Shown piece by piece: positions 37,190-47,127 of a DNA stretch of 64,000 nt. Within the stretch, counting starts at the first letter, position 1; each line of letters starts with the position of its first letter. This stretch comes from Parcubacteria group bacterium (GTDB taxonomy: Bacteria > Patescibacteriota > Minisyncoccia > Moranbacterales > UBA11712). Under the pieces are notes generated by a model that saw only the letters and a program-made list of their open reading frames with translations, did not search any database and was not told where the DNA came from. A program made the position numbers and the translations under genes. The stretch is from the NCBI GenBank assembly GCA_041659685.1, contig JBAZXV010000001.1:97616-161615 (forward strand), written 5' to 3'.

Positions 37190-39800
37190 GAGCTAAACCG
37201 ATGAATTTATCGCTTTTCAATATCGTTTCCGTTTTCAGATTCCCCGACTCATAATTCGTGTCATCCGGATATCGCCAGATTAAACGATAATTTTGGGGCA
37301 ATTTTATTTCGGACATGAGTTTGCTTCCCTGGCTTCCCGATTGCTTTTGATAGAGCACCGAGAATGAATCGGCCGGATGATGAATATCGCTGAATTCCAA
37401 GCCGAATGGCAATTGATACCTGTATTTTAATGTCATCGTTTCCCCCGGACTCAGATATGTCCAGTTGGCAAAAACCGTCTTATGATTCTCTTTATATATC
37501 CGCGTTCCGGTCCCTTCATCGATTTCCAGCGTGTCTTCTTCGGATTTGAGCTGAGGGTCCTCCCTGAAGCCAAGTGATTGGTAATCAAGCGGCGGGGAAA
37601 CTGTTTCCCTCGTCTGGCCGCTCGCTTCGAGCAGTTTGGATCCTTCGGGCACATAAATCCTCATATAGTCGCTGTTCACTTTGTTCCACCAGTCATAATC
37701 TTCATTCCCCCCGTTGTGTTTTCGGGTAACGGTTACCGTGTCCACAATGCTTCCGTCGGCTTGAATTTCGCTTATATGATCAATATTTTCGTCGATAACT
37801 CCGTCTGTCTTATAGCCGCTGATATTTGAGTTTATCACAGACAAGTAATCTTTCTGAGTATTCAGCATTTCTCCGGACCAGCCCTGATCCGAAATTAATT
37901 TCTGGATATTGTAATTTCGCGAGTAAAGAAGCAGGTGTTTTTCCTTGAGAGAATCGTTCAATATCGACAGCACCATTATCATCTGTTTCAAATCTCTTGT
38001 GCTAAAAACCTTATCTAATATCTTTGGCGTAAGATCGGCAATGAATTTTTTCGGTTTATTCAGTTCCTTGTCGTAATCGACTTCAACTTCGTTTTGGGTT
38101 TTTTCTATGAAATTGCCCGCATCAACGGTGGTTTCATATTCAGGCATGTCGATGGGTCCGGTGATCTTAAGAAGGTTTTGAAGAAGATTGGGGGTTATGG
38201 CAATGACGCCGTCGACTGTCGGTCCGCCTGTTTTTTCATAAAACCAAGAGACTTTTTCGGCTGAAGTCGGAAAGTCCGGAAACCAGTTCGCGTCGTGCAT
38301 GGTCCACACGGCGCTCATTTTTTGGATTGGTTCAGGAGGTATTACGCGGGCCTTAAGCTGGCCGTCGGGGTTATAGATATCATCCACCATGAGCTGTTTG
38401 ATCCGCCCGTTTGAAATATCAAGAATGCCGTAACTTCCTATAAATCCGCCAGTCGCCCTCATTTCCTGATTATTTTGAAATAAAAAGAGAAATTTCCTCG
38501 GACCATTATATCCCAAAACATCCAAAAATATTTGCGAATAATCAAGGAAGCCGTTCAGGCTTGAAGTTACAACGGGCAACTTTTCATTCAATTCAATGAA
38601 TTTCGGCCTAATATCTTCCGGCAAGTCATCAAGATTGGCCTTTTTGAGATTGCTTTGGGCTTCATCCAATTCCTTGCTTGCATTTTGCACGCTCTCGCGA
38701 AGGTTTATGAAGAGCTCGGTAAGAGACGGCTGATCCGAGACATTTTTATTTTCCAGGGGATTTTTTATTTGACTCAGGGATTGGGCTGAATTTGCAAGAT
38801 ACTTTCCGGACAAAGCGAGGTTTTCTCCCGCCGCCATGACATAATTTGCGGTTGCCACCCTGGAGGCGCCAGGAACAAAGCGAAGGACTTCGCTGAATTT
38901 TCCCCCGATTTCAGAAATATCCTGGTGGGCGCTGTTTAAGAGTTCATATGATTCTTCAAAATTAACGGCTGCTTTTCCGAGATCGCCGTTTGTCATATTG
39001 TCTTTGGCTTCGGCAAACTGGACAAGCGCCTGCTGTCCCGTGACGGCAACATCGCTTTTAACCCTAAAAGCCCTCTGAATAAGAGAGACGCCGGGAATAA
39101 TCAGGGAGAAAATAAGGATTGTGACAAGAAACACTGAGACATAAGCAAATTTTCCGTTAAAGCAGGCCGGCGTTCGAAATAAATTCCTCATATTAATCCG
39201 TTGGAGTTTCCCTTGCTCCGGATTTTTCCTGTTTTTCCTTTTGCTTCCTTTTTTATTCGGTTTTGTTTCCAAGCCCTTAAATAAATTATCGGTCGGATCT
39301 GCATACTCGGTGTTTTCAAAAAGGTATTCCGTTGATTTTCCAAAATTATCGGCTTCAGAAGCAGATTTTTCCTTTATGCTGAATTCCAGCGGCAATTCCG
39401 TGAAAAATCCGGCAACCCTGTCGCTTTTTCTTTCCGTTTTCTGATCCTGATATGTATGGGGAATCGCCACCCTGGAAACGGACAATAATTCATCCGAGAC
39501 GGATTTTCCCAACTGGATAACATTCGGTTTGCGGGCGCGCAAGGGTTCTTTTTTTTCAATTCTGTTGAAATATTCAGTCTGATCCAAGACCGATTTTGAG
39601 TATGCCTTATTACCGCGGCGTTTATCGGTGTTTCTGATGTCGGAAAATTCCCTTCTGCGAATACCGCGCTCGCCCAATGTTTTTTTCTGGATGTGAACGG
39701 TTTTTTTTATGTGTTTGATCTTATCCAAATCCAAAGAGCCATCCGCCCGGGTAGGGCGAACATCGAACATTTGTTTCATAATTCGCTTGTTCTTGGTCAT
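37176..39800 (-). CDS. DUF4012-domain membrane protein
   Basis: LFQNNQEMRATGGFIGSY, DANWFPDFP, DGVIA and YMRIYVP.GS. Confidence 0.88.
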   Translation of the reverse strand: MTKNKRIMKQMFDVRPTRADGSLDLDKIKHIKKTVHIQKKTLGERGIRRREFSDIRNTDKRRGNKAYSKSVLDQTEYFNRIEKKEPLRARKPNVIQLGKSVSDELLSVSRVAIPHTYQDQKTERKSDRVAGFFTELPLEFSIKEKSASEADNFGKSTEYLFENTEYADPTDNLFKGLETKPNKKGSKRKNRKNPEQGKLQRINMRNLFRTPACFNGKFAYVSVFLVTILIFSLIIPGVSLIQRAFRVKSDVAVTGQQALVQFAEAKDNMTNGDLGKAAVNFEESYELLNSAHQDISEIGGKFSEVLRFVPGASRVATANYVMAAGENLALSGKYLANSAQSLSQIKNPLENKNVSDQPSLTELFINLRESVQNASKELDEAQSNLKKANLDDLPEDIRPKFIELNEKLPVVTSSLNGFLDYSQIFLDVLGYNGPRKFLFLFQNNQEMRATGGFIGSYGILDISNGRIKQLMVDDIYNPDGQLKARVIPPEPIQKMSAVWTMHDANWFPDFPTSAEKVSWFYEKTGGPTVDGVIAITPNLLQNLLKITGPIDMPEYETTVDAGNFIEKTQNEVEVDYDKELNKPKKFIADLTPKILDKVFSTRDLKQMIMVLSILNDSLKEKHLLLYSRNYNIQKLISDQGWSGEMLNTQKDYLSVINSNISGYKTDGVIDENIDHISEIQADGSIVDTVTVTRKHNGGNEDYDWWNKVNSDYMRIYVPEGSKLLEASGQTRETVSPPLDYQSLGFREDPQLKSEEDTLEIDEGTGTRIYKENHKTVFANWTYLSPGETMTLKYRYQLPFGLEFSDIHHPADSFSVLYQKQSGSQGSKLMSEIKLPQNYRLIWRYPDDTNYESGNLKTETILKSDKFIGLALERN

Positions 39801-40918
39801 TTTTGTTTTAGATATATTTCAAGCGTTTTACCGGCTAGTTTTTCCCAGCTGAATTTTTTTATTCTTGCCCTGCCTGCTTCGATCAGCTCTTTTCTGAGTC
39901 CATTGTCAGTTAAGGTTTTTTCAATTGAATCCGCCATTCCCGCCGTGCCTCTTGGATCAAAATAATAAGCGGCGTTCTCAAGGATTTCCGGCAGACAGGA
40001 AGCATTCGAACTGACGACAGGGATGCTTTTTGCCATAGCTTCAAGCGGGGGAAGGCCAAAACCCTCATAAAGAGAAGGGAAAACATAAAGTTTTGCTCCC
40101 CGATAGACGGCTGAAAGATCGCTATCTGAAACATAGTCGGGGAAAATTACGTTTTTTATCTTTTGGCTGCTTACAGACTCTTTCAATCTGCGGTAAAAAT
40201 AATCTTCTTTTCCCACCATTACCAAATGCAAACCGGGATGCCTTTTAAGGACTTCCCTGAATGCCGCGACAAGGCTTTCCAGATTTTTATGCGGATAAGC
40301 GTTGCCGACGTACAGAAGATACGGTTTTATTATACCATATTTTTTCAGAATTTCATCGGCGGGTTGCGCAATTAAAGCCTGCTCCTTGTCGGCCGCCTGA
40401 TATGTAACGATAATTTTATCGGGATCAACTGAAAAATTCTCCAAAATATCCCTTTTTGTGAATTCGGAAACGGCAATTATGGATTCCGATTTTCTTATGG
40501 CGCGGCTTATTGCCCATCGATAGCAGGCATTTTTTATCCAATACAACATCGGCGAAAGAGCGGAGGCCCTTTTTGTGGGAAAATGGAAAAGAATCAGGTC
40601 ATGAATCGTAACAACAAATTTCCTTCCAAAGAGAAAAGGAACATTAAAATGCGGAAAGTGGACAAGATCAAGCGAATACTTATTCAGCATTCTGGGAAAA
40701 AATAACTGCTCCCGAAAACCGTACCAGGGAATGTCGGCCATTATCTTTTTAAAATTTTTATTTTTCGGCTCGTACTCATTCCAGTTCTTGCGGCGCAGAA
40801 AAATGAAATACTGATTTTCGGAATCAATTATTTCAAGATATTTAATGAGTTTTTCGGTATATCGCCCGAGACCTTTTCCCACCGAGCCGTAAAAACGGGC
40901 ATCAATTCCAATCCTCAT
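39797..40918 (-). CDS. GT4 glycosyltransferase
   Basis: IGIDAR, TIHD and EGFGLPPLEAM. Confidence 0.92.
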   Translation of the reverse strand: MRIGIDARFYGSVGKGLGRYTEKLIKYLEIIDSENQYFIFLRRKNWNEYEPKNKNFKKIMADIPWYGFREQLFFPRMLNKYSLDLVHFPHFNVPFLFGRKFVVTIHDLILFHFPTKRASALSPMLYWIKNACYRWAISRAIRKSESIIAVSEFTKRDILENFSVDPDKIIVTYQAADKEQALIAQPADEILKKYGIIKPYLLYVGNAYPHKNLESLVAAFREVLKRHPGLHLVMVGKEDYFYRRLKESVSSQKIKNVIFPDYVSDSDLSAVYRGAKLYVFPSLYEGFGLPPLEAMAKSIPVVSSNASCLPEILENAAYYFDPRGTAGMADSIEKTLTDNGLRKELIEAGRARIKKFSWEKLAGKTLEIYLKQK

Positions 40919-42117
40919 TTATTTAGCTTAATGATTTCTCCGCTGTTTCGTTTGTTCTTTTCATTTGATATTTCTTTGAAAATATTAATGGTTTCTTCGG
41001 CGCATTTTTTCCACTCAAACGATTCAGCTCGCCTAAGGCCTTTGCTTTTCATTTTCTTTTGAAGATCTTTATCCAAAAGCGCTTCCGCCATTGATTTTTC
41101 CAATTCGTCAGCTCTTAATGAATCAATCAAAATAGCGGCGTCACCGGTGATCTCCGGAAGGGAGGAGCCATTCGAGCAAATAACCGGCGTGCCGCATGAC
41201 ATGGACTCAAGGACAGGAAGACCGAAGCCTTCAAAGAAAGAAGGATAAACGAATAATGAAGCCAAATTATAGATATATGGCTTATCTCTTTCTTTGATAT
41301 ACCCCGCAAAAATTATATCATCACGGAATTTCGAATTTTTCGCCTCGCCTATGATATCACTGCTCGAAAGTCCAAAATCTCCGATAATGACAAGCTTGTA
41401 TTTCTCGAGTTTTGGATTGTTTTTTCTCAACTTCAGGTATGCCGCCAAGACAGAGAAAATGTTTTTTCGCGGTTCTATGTTTCCGAGGAAAAGAATAAAT
41501 TTTTCAGGGAGGTTATATTTTTTCCGCGCTTTTGCCAATCCGGCGTTATTTTCGTCTAATGCTCTATACTTTGGGCCTATGCCGTGATGGATAAGCCGGA
41601 TTTTTTGTTCGCCGGTCCCATAAAGATCAATAAGATCTTTTTTTGTCGATTCGGAAACAGCGATGATTTTCTTTGCCATGCGCGATAATTTTCTCGGGTT
41701 CACAAAATAGAAATGCCAAAGCCGGCCCTTTTTTGAAAAAAATTCAGGATATCTTTCAAACGAAAGGTCGTGAAAAGTCAGCACCAGCGGACAATTTTTG
41801 CTGAGAGATATGAAGTTTATATTAGGAGCGAAAAACAAGTCCGCGCCTCCGATAAGTTTGTCAATTTTTGGAAATCCGGCATACCAAAGCAGGAGATTAA
41901 AAATCTTATTGGGAAAGCGAAATTTTTTCAGTTTGGCATTCGGAAACTTTTCAAGGCGGCGGAGATGCTTGTTTTTTTTGCGAAACGAATTCGAAAAAAG
42001 TATATATTCGTTTTCCTTATCTTCCCTTAAGACGTTAGTTAAAAGCTCAAGGGTGTACTCTCCCACCCCCGATACATTTTCCTCTTCAAGGCATCGCACA
42101 TCGATTCCAACTTTCAT
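40915..42117 (-). CDS. GT4 glycosyltransferase
   Basis: TFHD, EPRKN and EGFGLPVLESM. Confidence 0.92.
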   Translation of the reverse strand: MKVGIDVRCLEEENVSGVGEYTLELLTNVLREDKENEYILFSNSFRKKNKHLRRLEKFPNAKLKKFRFPNKIFNLLLWYAGFPKIDKLIGGADLFFAPNINFISLSKNCPLVLTFHDLSFERYPEFFSKKGRLWHFYFVNPRKLSRMAKKIIAVSESTKKDLIDLYGTGEQKIRLIHHGIGPKYRALDENNAGLAKARKKYNLPEKFILFLGNIEPRKNIFSVLAAYLKLRKNNPKLEKYKLVIIGDFGLSSSDIIGEAKNSKFRDDIIFAGYIKERDKPYIYNLASLFVYPSFFEGFGLPVLESMSCGTPVICSNGSSLPEITGDAAILIDSLRADELEKSMAEALLDKDLQKKMKSKGLRRAESFEWKKCAEETINIFKEISNEKNKRNSGEIIKLNK

Positions 42118-42139
42118 GTCTGGTTATTCGGAATAAAAA

Positions 42140-42757
42140 TTAATTCTCAGGTTCGGATATATAGTGCTTTAAAAACGCGAAAAGCGCCCCGATAAATATG
42201 CCTGCGACAGCAGCCAAGAGCAAGTTTATTCTTAGGTCCTGGAAATTTTTCACGGTAATAAGGTTTGAAGTGTCCGCTCTGAACCAGTTGGGATCATTGG
42301 CGGGGCTGTTGATGTCCTTGGTTTTTTCGGAGACAACGGCAGATATGGCGTCGCCGATTTTTTTTCCTTCGTCCGGATTGTCGGGTGAAAAGCGAACCTC
42401 GATAATTTCCGGAGACATTTTCTCCGCTCGAAATGTTTTTTCAAGTTGCCGCAAGGACTTTCCGTTGGCGCTCAATCCGGATTTTTCGAAAATTTCCTGA
42501 ACCACTCCGGGAGACTTAAGCCACTCCGAAACGGTGTCGGAAAATTTATCGTCGGCCTGAATACGATAATATTGGTCATAACGATAGTCGGAAGTGGATT
42601 GGTTTTCAACGCGGCTTATGCTGATAAGAAAAGACGTCGAATAGGTCTCCGCTTTTCTGATTGACCAAATGTAGGTCAGCACGACAAGGATCAAAATCGT
42701 ATAAACCATGACCGAAATGTTTTTTCTTAAAATTTTGTAATATTCCCGAAGTTCCAT
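42140..42757 (-). CDS. Wzz/CapA-like two-TM polysaccharide co-polymerase
   Basis: MELREYYKIL start, TMs near both termini, glycan-cluster context. Confidence 0.65.
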   Translation of the reverse strand: MELREYYKILRKNISVMVYTILILVVLTYIWSIRKAETYSTSFLISISRVENQSTSDYRYDQYYRIQADDKFSDTVSEWLKSPGVVQEIFEKSGLSANGKSLRQLEKTFRAEKMSPEIIEVRFSPDNPDEGKKIGDAISAVVSEKTKDINSPANDPNWFRADTSNLITVKNFQDLRINLLLAAVAGIFIGALFAFLKHYISEPEN

Positions 42758-42838
42758 AAAATTTAATTTAAAAATAAGTTTGCATTTATAAATTCAAGAT
42801 CTCCCCGGCATTCAAAATGAATCCTAAATATATCATAT

Positions 42839-43933
42839 TTAAGGCATATTTGCAATAGTTATTTCAACGTAGTCCCTGATTTTGCTTTTGAATATTTCCC
42901 TGTCGAATTTAAGGGAGCGTTCGCGAATTTTTTCCCCATTGAATTCATACGAACTAAATTTTTCAAGCGCTTTAATGAGATCGCCCGGGGTCTGATTATC
43001 GAAAAAAAGAGCTTCTCTTCCCTCTTCCACATGCTCCACGATATCCCCGCCTCTATAGGCTATGATCGGCTTGCCGGAGGCCAGGGCTTCTATGGCTATA
43101 ATCCCAAAATCCTCTTCCTGGGGAAATATGAATGCTTTGGCGCGGGAAAAAGTATCCGCCAGCTCCTCATCGCTTAACCTTCCCATAAATTCTATATTTG
43201 AATGCGCCATTTTTTTGAGCCGGACGAAATCGGGACCCCTTCCTATTACCTTAAGAGGCCATCCGAGCTTATTGAAAGCCTGAATCACGATGTCGAACCT
43301 TTTGTATGTCATGAGTCTTCCAGCCACAAGAAAATAGTCACCGATATTTTTGCTGATATGGAAATTTCCGATATTAACCGGCGGATTAATAACAACAGAA
43401 TCCCTTTTGTAGTATTTTTCGATTCTTCCGGCCACAAATTTTGAATTGGCGATAAAATTATCCACCCGATCGGCGCTTATTCTGTCCCAGATGCGGATAT
43501 AATTCATTATGAAAGGAATAAATTTCTTCACAAAGCCGGGAAAACCAAATTCGTCAATATATTTTTGGCAATCATCCCAGGCGTAGCGCATCGGCGTATG
43601 GCAATAACAGATGTGAAGCGTCTCCGGAGGAGTTATTATTCCCTTGGCATAGCTTGAAGAATCGGAAAGTACGATGTCATATTTGGATAAATCAAATTGT
43701 TCAATGGCCGGCGGCATAAGGGCCGGAAAAATACGATGATTCGAACGCGAGTATGGAAATTTTTGAAGAAATGACGTGTAGATTCTTTTCCCCTTGAATC
43801 TTCCATGGGTTTTTTCTTCATCGTAAATAAGCGTATAAATAGGCGCATACGGCCAAATTTCGCAAAAACATTCGAGCACCCTTTCCGCTCCGCCGTATTG
43901 AACCAGATAATCATGCACCAGTGCGATTTTCAT
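42839..43933 (-). CDS. GT4 glycosyltransferase (WbaZ-like)
   Basis: VHDYL..GGAERVL, YCHTPMRYAW and EDFGI..EA. Confidence 0.92.
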   Translation of the reverse strand: MKIALVHDYLVQYGGAERVLECFCEIWPYAPIYTLIYDEEKTHGRFKGKRIYTSFLQKFPYSRSNHRIFPALMPPAIEQFDLSKYDIVLSDSSSYAKGIITPPETLHICYCHTPMRYAWDDCQKYIDEFGFPGFVKKFIPFIMNYIRIWDRISADRVDNFIANSKFVAGRIEKYYKRDSVVINPPVNIGNFHISKNIGDYFLVAGRLMTYKRFDIVIQAFNKLGWPLKVIGRGPDFVRLKKMAHSNIEFMGRLSDEELADTFSRAKAFIFPQEEDFGIIAIEALASGKPIIAYRGGDIVEHVEEGREALFFDNQTPGDLIKALEKFSSYEFNGEKIRERSLKFDREIFKSKIRDYVEITIANMP

Positions 43934-44074
43934 GGTAAATTATGCCAATTTAATAATAAATGCCAACCGGCAAGCCAATGACGGCTGAAATAAATTGTAT
44001 CTTTTTTAATATGTTTTGGCAATTTAATAGAACGGGCGGCAGCGGTCTCCGAATATGCTCAGTTGCAATGTAAA

Positions 44075-44109
44075 TCAGCCCAACTGCAATATGATTGCGA
44101 TTGGGCTGA
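44075..44109 (-). terminator. Hairpin after the hydrolase gene
   Basis: TCAGCCCAA...TTGGGCTGA. Confidence 0.55.
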
Positions 44110-44143
44110 CATTTTTCACAGGTGTTACGAGCTGACTTAATCC

Positions 44144-45121
44144 CTAGCCGATCCTGCCAAGAATGCAGGCAGGAAGGACGGGGAAGTATGGGAAGAACAA
44201 AACCGCCAAAGACAGGCTCATTAGGAACGATTTCCCCAAAATTATGGAGAGAGTCTCAGAATCCTTGCCCAGTGTCACGTTATGAAGTCCCTTCAAGGAG
44301 AGGATTTCGAGAAATTTTTCCGGAAAATTATCACGAATGATCTCCTCGTTGGATTTAGTCCAGGGCCAATGGAATGACCCCCAGTCACCCTTGCTCAAAA
44401 CAACTCTCAGAGGAATTTCCTGCCTCCCTATCTCCTGAAGCTGAGCCGGTAATCGCCTCTTGGACGACTTGTCCAGTTCGTACAGGAGCTTTCGGAGGCT
44501 AAACGGGTGCTTTGTTTTCCGGTAAGCATCCTTTAAATAATCATACGGATGCCGGTAAAACCATGATTGAATTTTGGAGAGCGCCCCTGAAACGGGATGA
44601 GCAAACATTGCCCATATCATCGGAAGTCTGCGAAGCCCGAGAGGATTAATCAAATCAATGCCCCTCACCTCAATTCCGAGCTCATGAGCCCTGAGCGCCG
44701 CTTCCAGCACCACCGGAGCGCCGTTGGAATGGGCATAAAGGATTATCTGTTTCTTTCCCAGCGCCCGCAAAGCTTGAAGACTGACTTCGGCTCCGTGCAA
44801 AGGATCGGTTTTCCAGACGGAGGAAGGCAAATCAGACGATTTTCCGTATCCGAGAGGAGAAATATGGATACTCTCCCGGTCCAGGTAGACAAACGGCTCA
44901 ATGCAAGGACCCAGATGAGTCAGGCCTCCGGGGTAATTAAACACGGAAATAAGAGATCTTCCCTTTTCGCTCATGGGCGGAATAATTAAATATTCTACTT
45001 CATATGTTTTCCCATGAAGCTTGACTGAAACGGTCTTCGTGTCGGCCAATAAACCCCTGATGGCTTGAATTCTGGCCATCATACCCTCATCCAAATTCGA
45101 AGGTTTCAGAGTTAAAAACAT
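44144..45121 (-). CDS. Alpha/beta-hydrolase fold protein
   Basis: PLGYGKS, AHSNG elbow, C-terminal H; GGAGG SD. Confidence 0.7.
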   Translation of the reverse strand: MFLTLKPSNLDEGMMARIQAIRGLLADTKTVSVKLHGKTYEVEYLIIPPMSEKGRSLISVFNYPGGLTHLGPCIEPFVYLDRESIHISPLGYGKSSDLPSSVWKTDPLHGAEVSLQALRALGKKQIILYAHSNGAPVVLEAALRAHELGIEVRGIDLINPLGLRRLPMIWAMFAHPVSGALSKIQSWFYRHPYDYLKDAYRKTKHPFSLRKLLYELDKSSKRRLPAQLQEIGRQEIPLRVVLSKGDWGSFHWPWTKSNEEIIRDNFPEKFLEILSLKGLHNVTLGKDSETLSIILGKSFLMSLSLAVLFFPYFPVLPACILGRIG

Positions 45122-45322
45122 GATATCCTCCCGCTCCGATTGTAATATTCCCGCGCATGAAACCTAAATATCCCTATTGTAAAAGGGCTGCCGCAAAACA
45201 AGTTGTCATATTACTTTATACTATAAATATCGAATATAAATTCAATTGCTCCCGGAATTTTCGTGACCCTCGCCGGAGCCTTTAATCATTTTGCCAGTAT
45301 GAGCTCAAAATTCAGGGAAAGA

Positions 45323-46492
45323 TCAATCTTTGTTTTCAAGCAGTGACACCGCCCATAAAAACAATCCCGCGCCCCAGGCAAAAGGAACGGCGGATTTCCA
45401 GAGCGCATGATCGAAAGGGCGCCCGTCGGGAAAGTAAGTCTCGTGAATATGGCCGTTTTTTGCGATAATCTCCGATAAATTTTCAAGATCTGCCCGGGCC
45501 TCGCTAATTTTTCCGGTTTTGCATTCTGCAATCACCAGCAAGGCCTCCAGCCACGACCAGCTGATGCCATTATGATATCTTGCAATTCCAAATAATCTCG
45601 TAAGAGGGTTAATTTTCCAAAAAGGATAAAGAGGCGCATTGATCGGATGAAGAACGTTTCCATTTCTGATTTGTTTGATCTTTGAGAAAATGAGCTCTGA
45701 GCGCTTCCAGTTTGCGATGTCAAAAAATATCGCAAGAAGATTTCCGGCGAGATCGAAATATTTCTGAGGTTTTCCGCCGGCAATGTTATCGGAAAAATAT
45801 TTTTCGTCTTCCAGCCAGAATATTTTTTGGATTCGGTCCAAAATTTCTTTCGATGCGGGAATGTCTTTGCTTTTTGATTTAATATTCAGCTTTTCGCAAA
45901 GAATTTCAAATTGTCTCACTGATTCATACCAGAGACAATTAGTATACAGCACAAATCCGTTTTTAAAGATTGAATCCATCCAATTGGCCAGTCCGTTTTC
46001 GTGTATTAAATTCCCCCGGATAAGATCGGCGCTTGCGTAAAATCCGAGAGATTGTTCTATTTTTTGAAAATTATCTCTGACAAAGCCATCGTCTCCCGCA
46101 ATTTTATGATACTTGCAGAAAGACAAAACAAACAGAAGGTCGTTGTCCGTTGAATATAAAAATGGCAAAGGAGAAGTATATATTGGACGGGGCTTGCGCC
46201 TTTTTATTTTGAGCCCCAGATATTTGAGTCCGTTATAATCAAGGGCGATTTTTCGAGGAATTTTTCCGTCGGCGCGCTGGTATCTTAAAAACAGCCGGAA
46301 GGATTTTTTCACCTGCGCAATTTCCTCAGGATTTTCGGTTTCAAGCATCCCGAGAGCCGCCCAGAAGGTATCGCGGGCCCAATAGTCGGAGAAATTAACA
46401 TGGGATGCCAAAATTCCTTCCTTGGTGCGGCAGGAACGCAGATCGCTCAAAGAGATTCCGTAAACTTTTTTAATAATATCATTTTGCGGCAT
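45323..46492 (-). CDS. Six-hairpin glycoside hydrolase (GDE_C/amylo-alpha-1,6-glucosidase-like)
   Basis: YWARD, GKIP, NWMD, YHNG..W and FAW. Confidence 0.75.
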   Translation of the reverse strand: MPQNDIIKKVYGISLSDLRSCRTKEGILASHVNFSDYWARDTFWAALGMLETENPEEIAQVKKSFRLFLRYQRADGKIPRKIALDYNGLKYLGLKIKRRKPRPIYTSPLPFLYSTDNDLLFVLSFCKYHKIAGDDGFVRDNFQKIEQSLGFYASADLIRGNLIHENGLANWMDSIFKNGFVLYTNCLWYESVRQFEILCEKLNIKSKSKDIPASKEILDRIQKIFWLEDEKYFSDNIAGGKPQKYFDLAGNLLAIFFDIANWKRSELIFSKIKQIRNGNVLHPINAPLYPFWKINPLTRLFGIARYHNGISWSWLEALLVIAECKTGKISEARADLENLSEIIAKNGHIHETYFPDGRPFDHALWKSAVPFAWGAGLFLWAVSLLENKD

Positions 46493-46533
46493 ATCATCCC
46501 CAGATAGAAATTATTTTGGATTGCCAAAGGAAG

Positions 46534-47127
46534 TTACTTTAAAATCTCGCCCGACTGCCTTTTTTTATATAAAGTCAGTCCGATAAAGAAAATCACCGCT
46601 CCGGCAAATACTGCTACTCCGGCGTATTTTATATATTCACTTATCTTATCGGCGGCATATCCGAAGAAATATCCGATTATTACCAAAAACGAACTCCATA
46701 CAAGCCCTCCCAATATTGAAAAGGTGACAAATTTAGAAAGTTTCATACGAAGTGACCCGGCAGTTATGAACGTTATATAGCTAAGCCCCGTTGTCGACTT
46801 CACATAAAATATTATCCTTCCGCTGTTTTCATGAAATTTTTGCTTAAGCTTGTCCACTACGGAATCCTTAATTTTAAGAAACCGCTGGGCTTTTCCAATG
46901 ATTCTTTGGCCCCCAAAATAGCCTATCGTATAAAGGATTATGTCGCCCACAACGTCTCCCAAAACGCTTAATCCAAAAACTGCGAAAATGTTAAAGTATC
47001 CCATCGAGGCCAAAAAAGCGGCAATAATCGTCACAATCGGACCCTCAATAATCATAAAAATGAGCATTGCGGGGTAGCCCCAGTACGGGAGGAGCCTTAT
47101 GAATTCTTGGGAAGTGTGTCCGAGCAT
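46534..47127 (-). CDS. DedA family protein
   Basis: EGP, GD..LY.IG, AG..RM..F and GYFFG. Confidence 0.88.
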   Translation of the reverse strand: MLGHTSQEFIRLLPYWGYPAMLIFMIIEGPIVTIIAAFLASMGYFNIFAVFGLSVLGDVVGDIILYTIGYFGGQRIIGKAQRFLKIKDSVVDKLKQKFHENSGRIIFYVKSTTGLSYITFITAGSLRMKLSKFVTFSILGGLVWSSFLVIIGYFFGYAADKISEYIKYAGVAVFAGAVIFFIGLTLYKKRQSGEILK

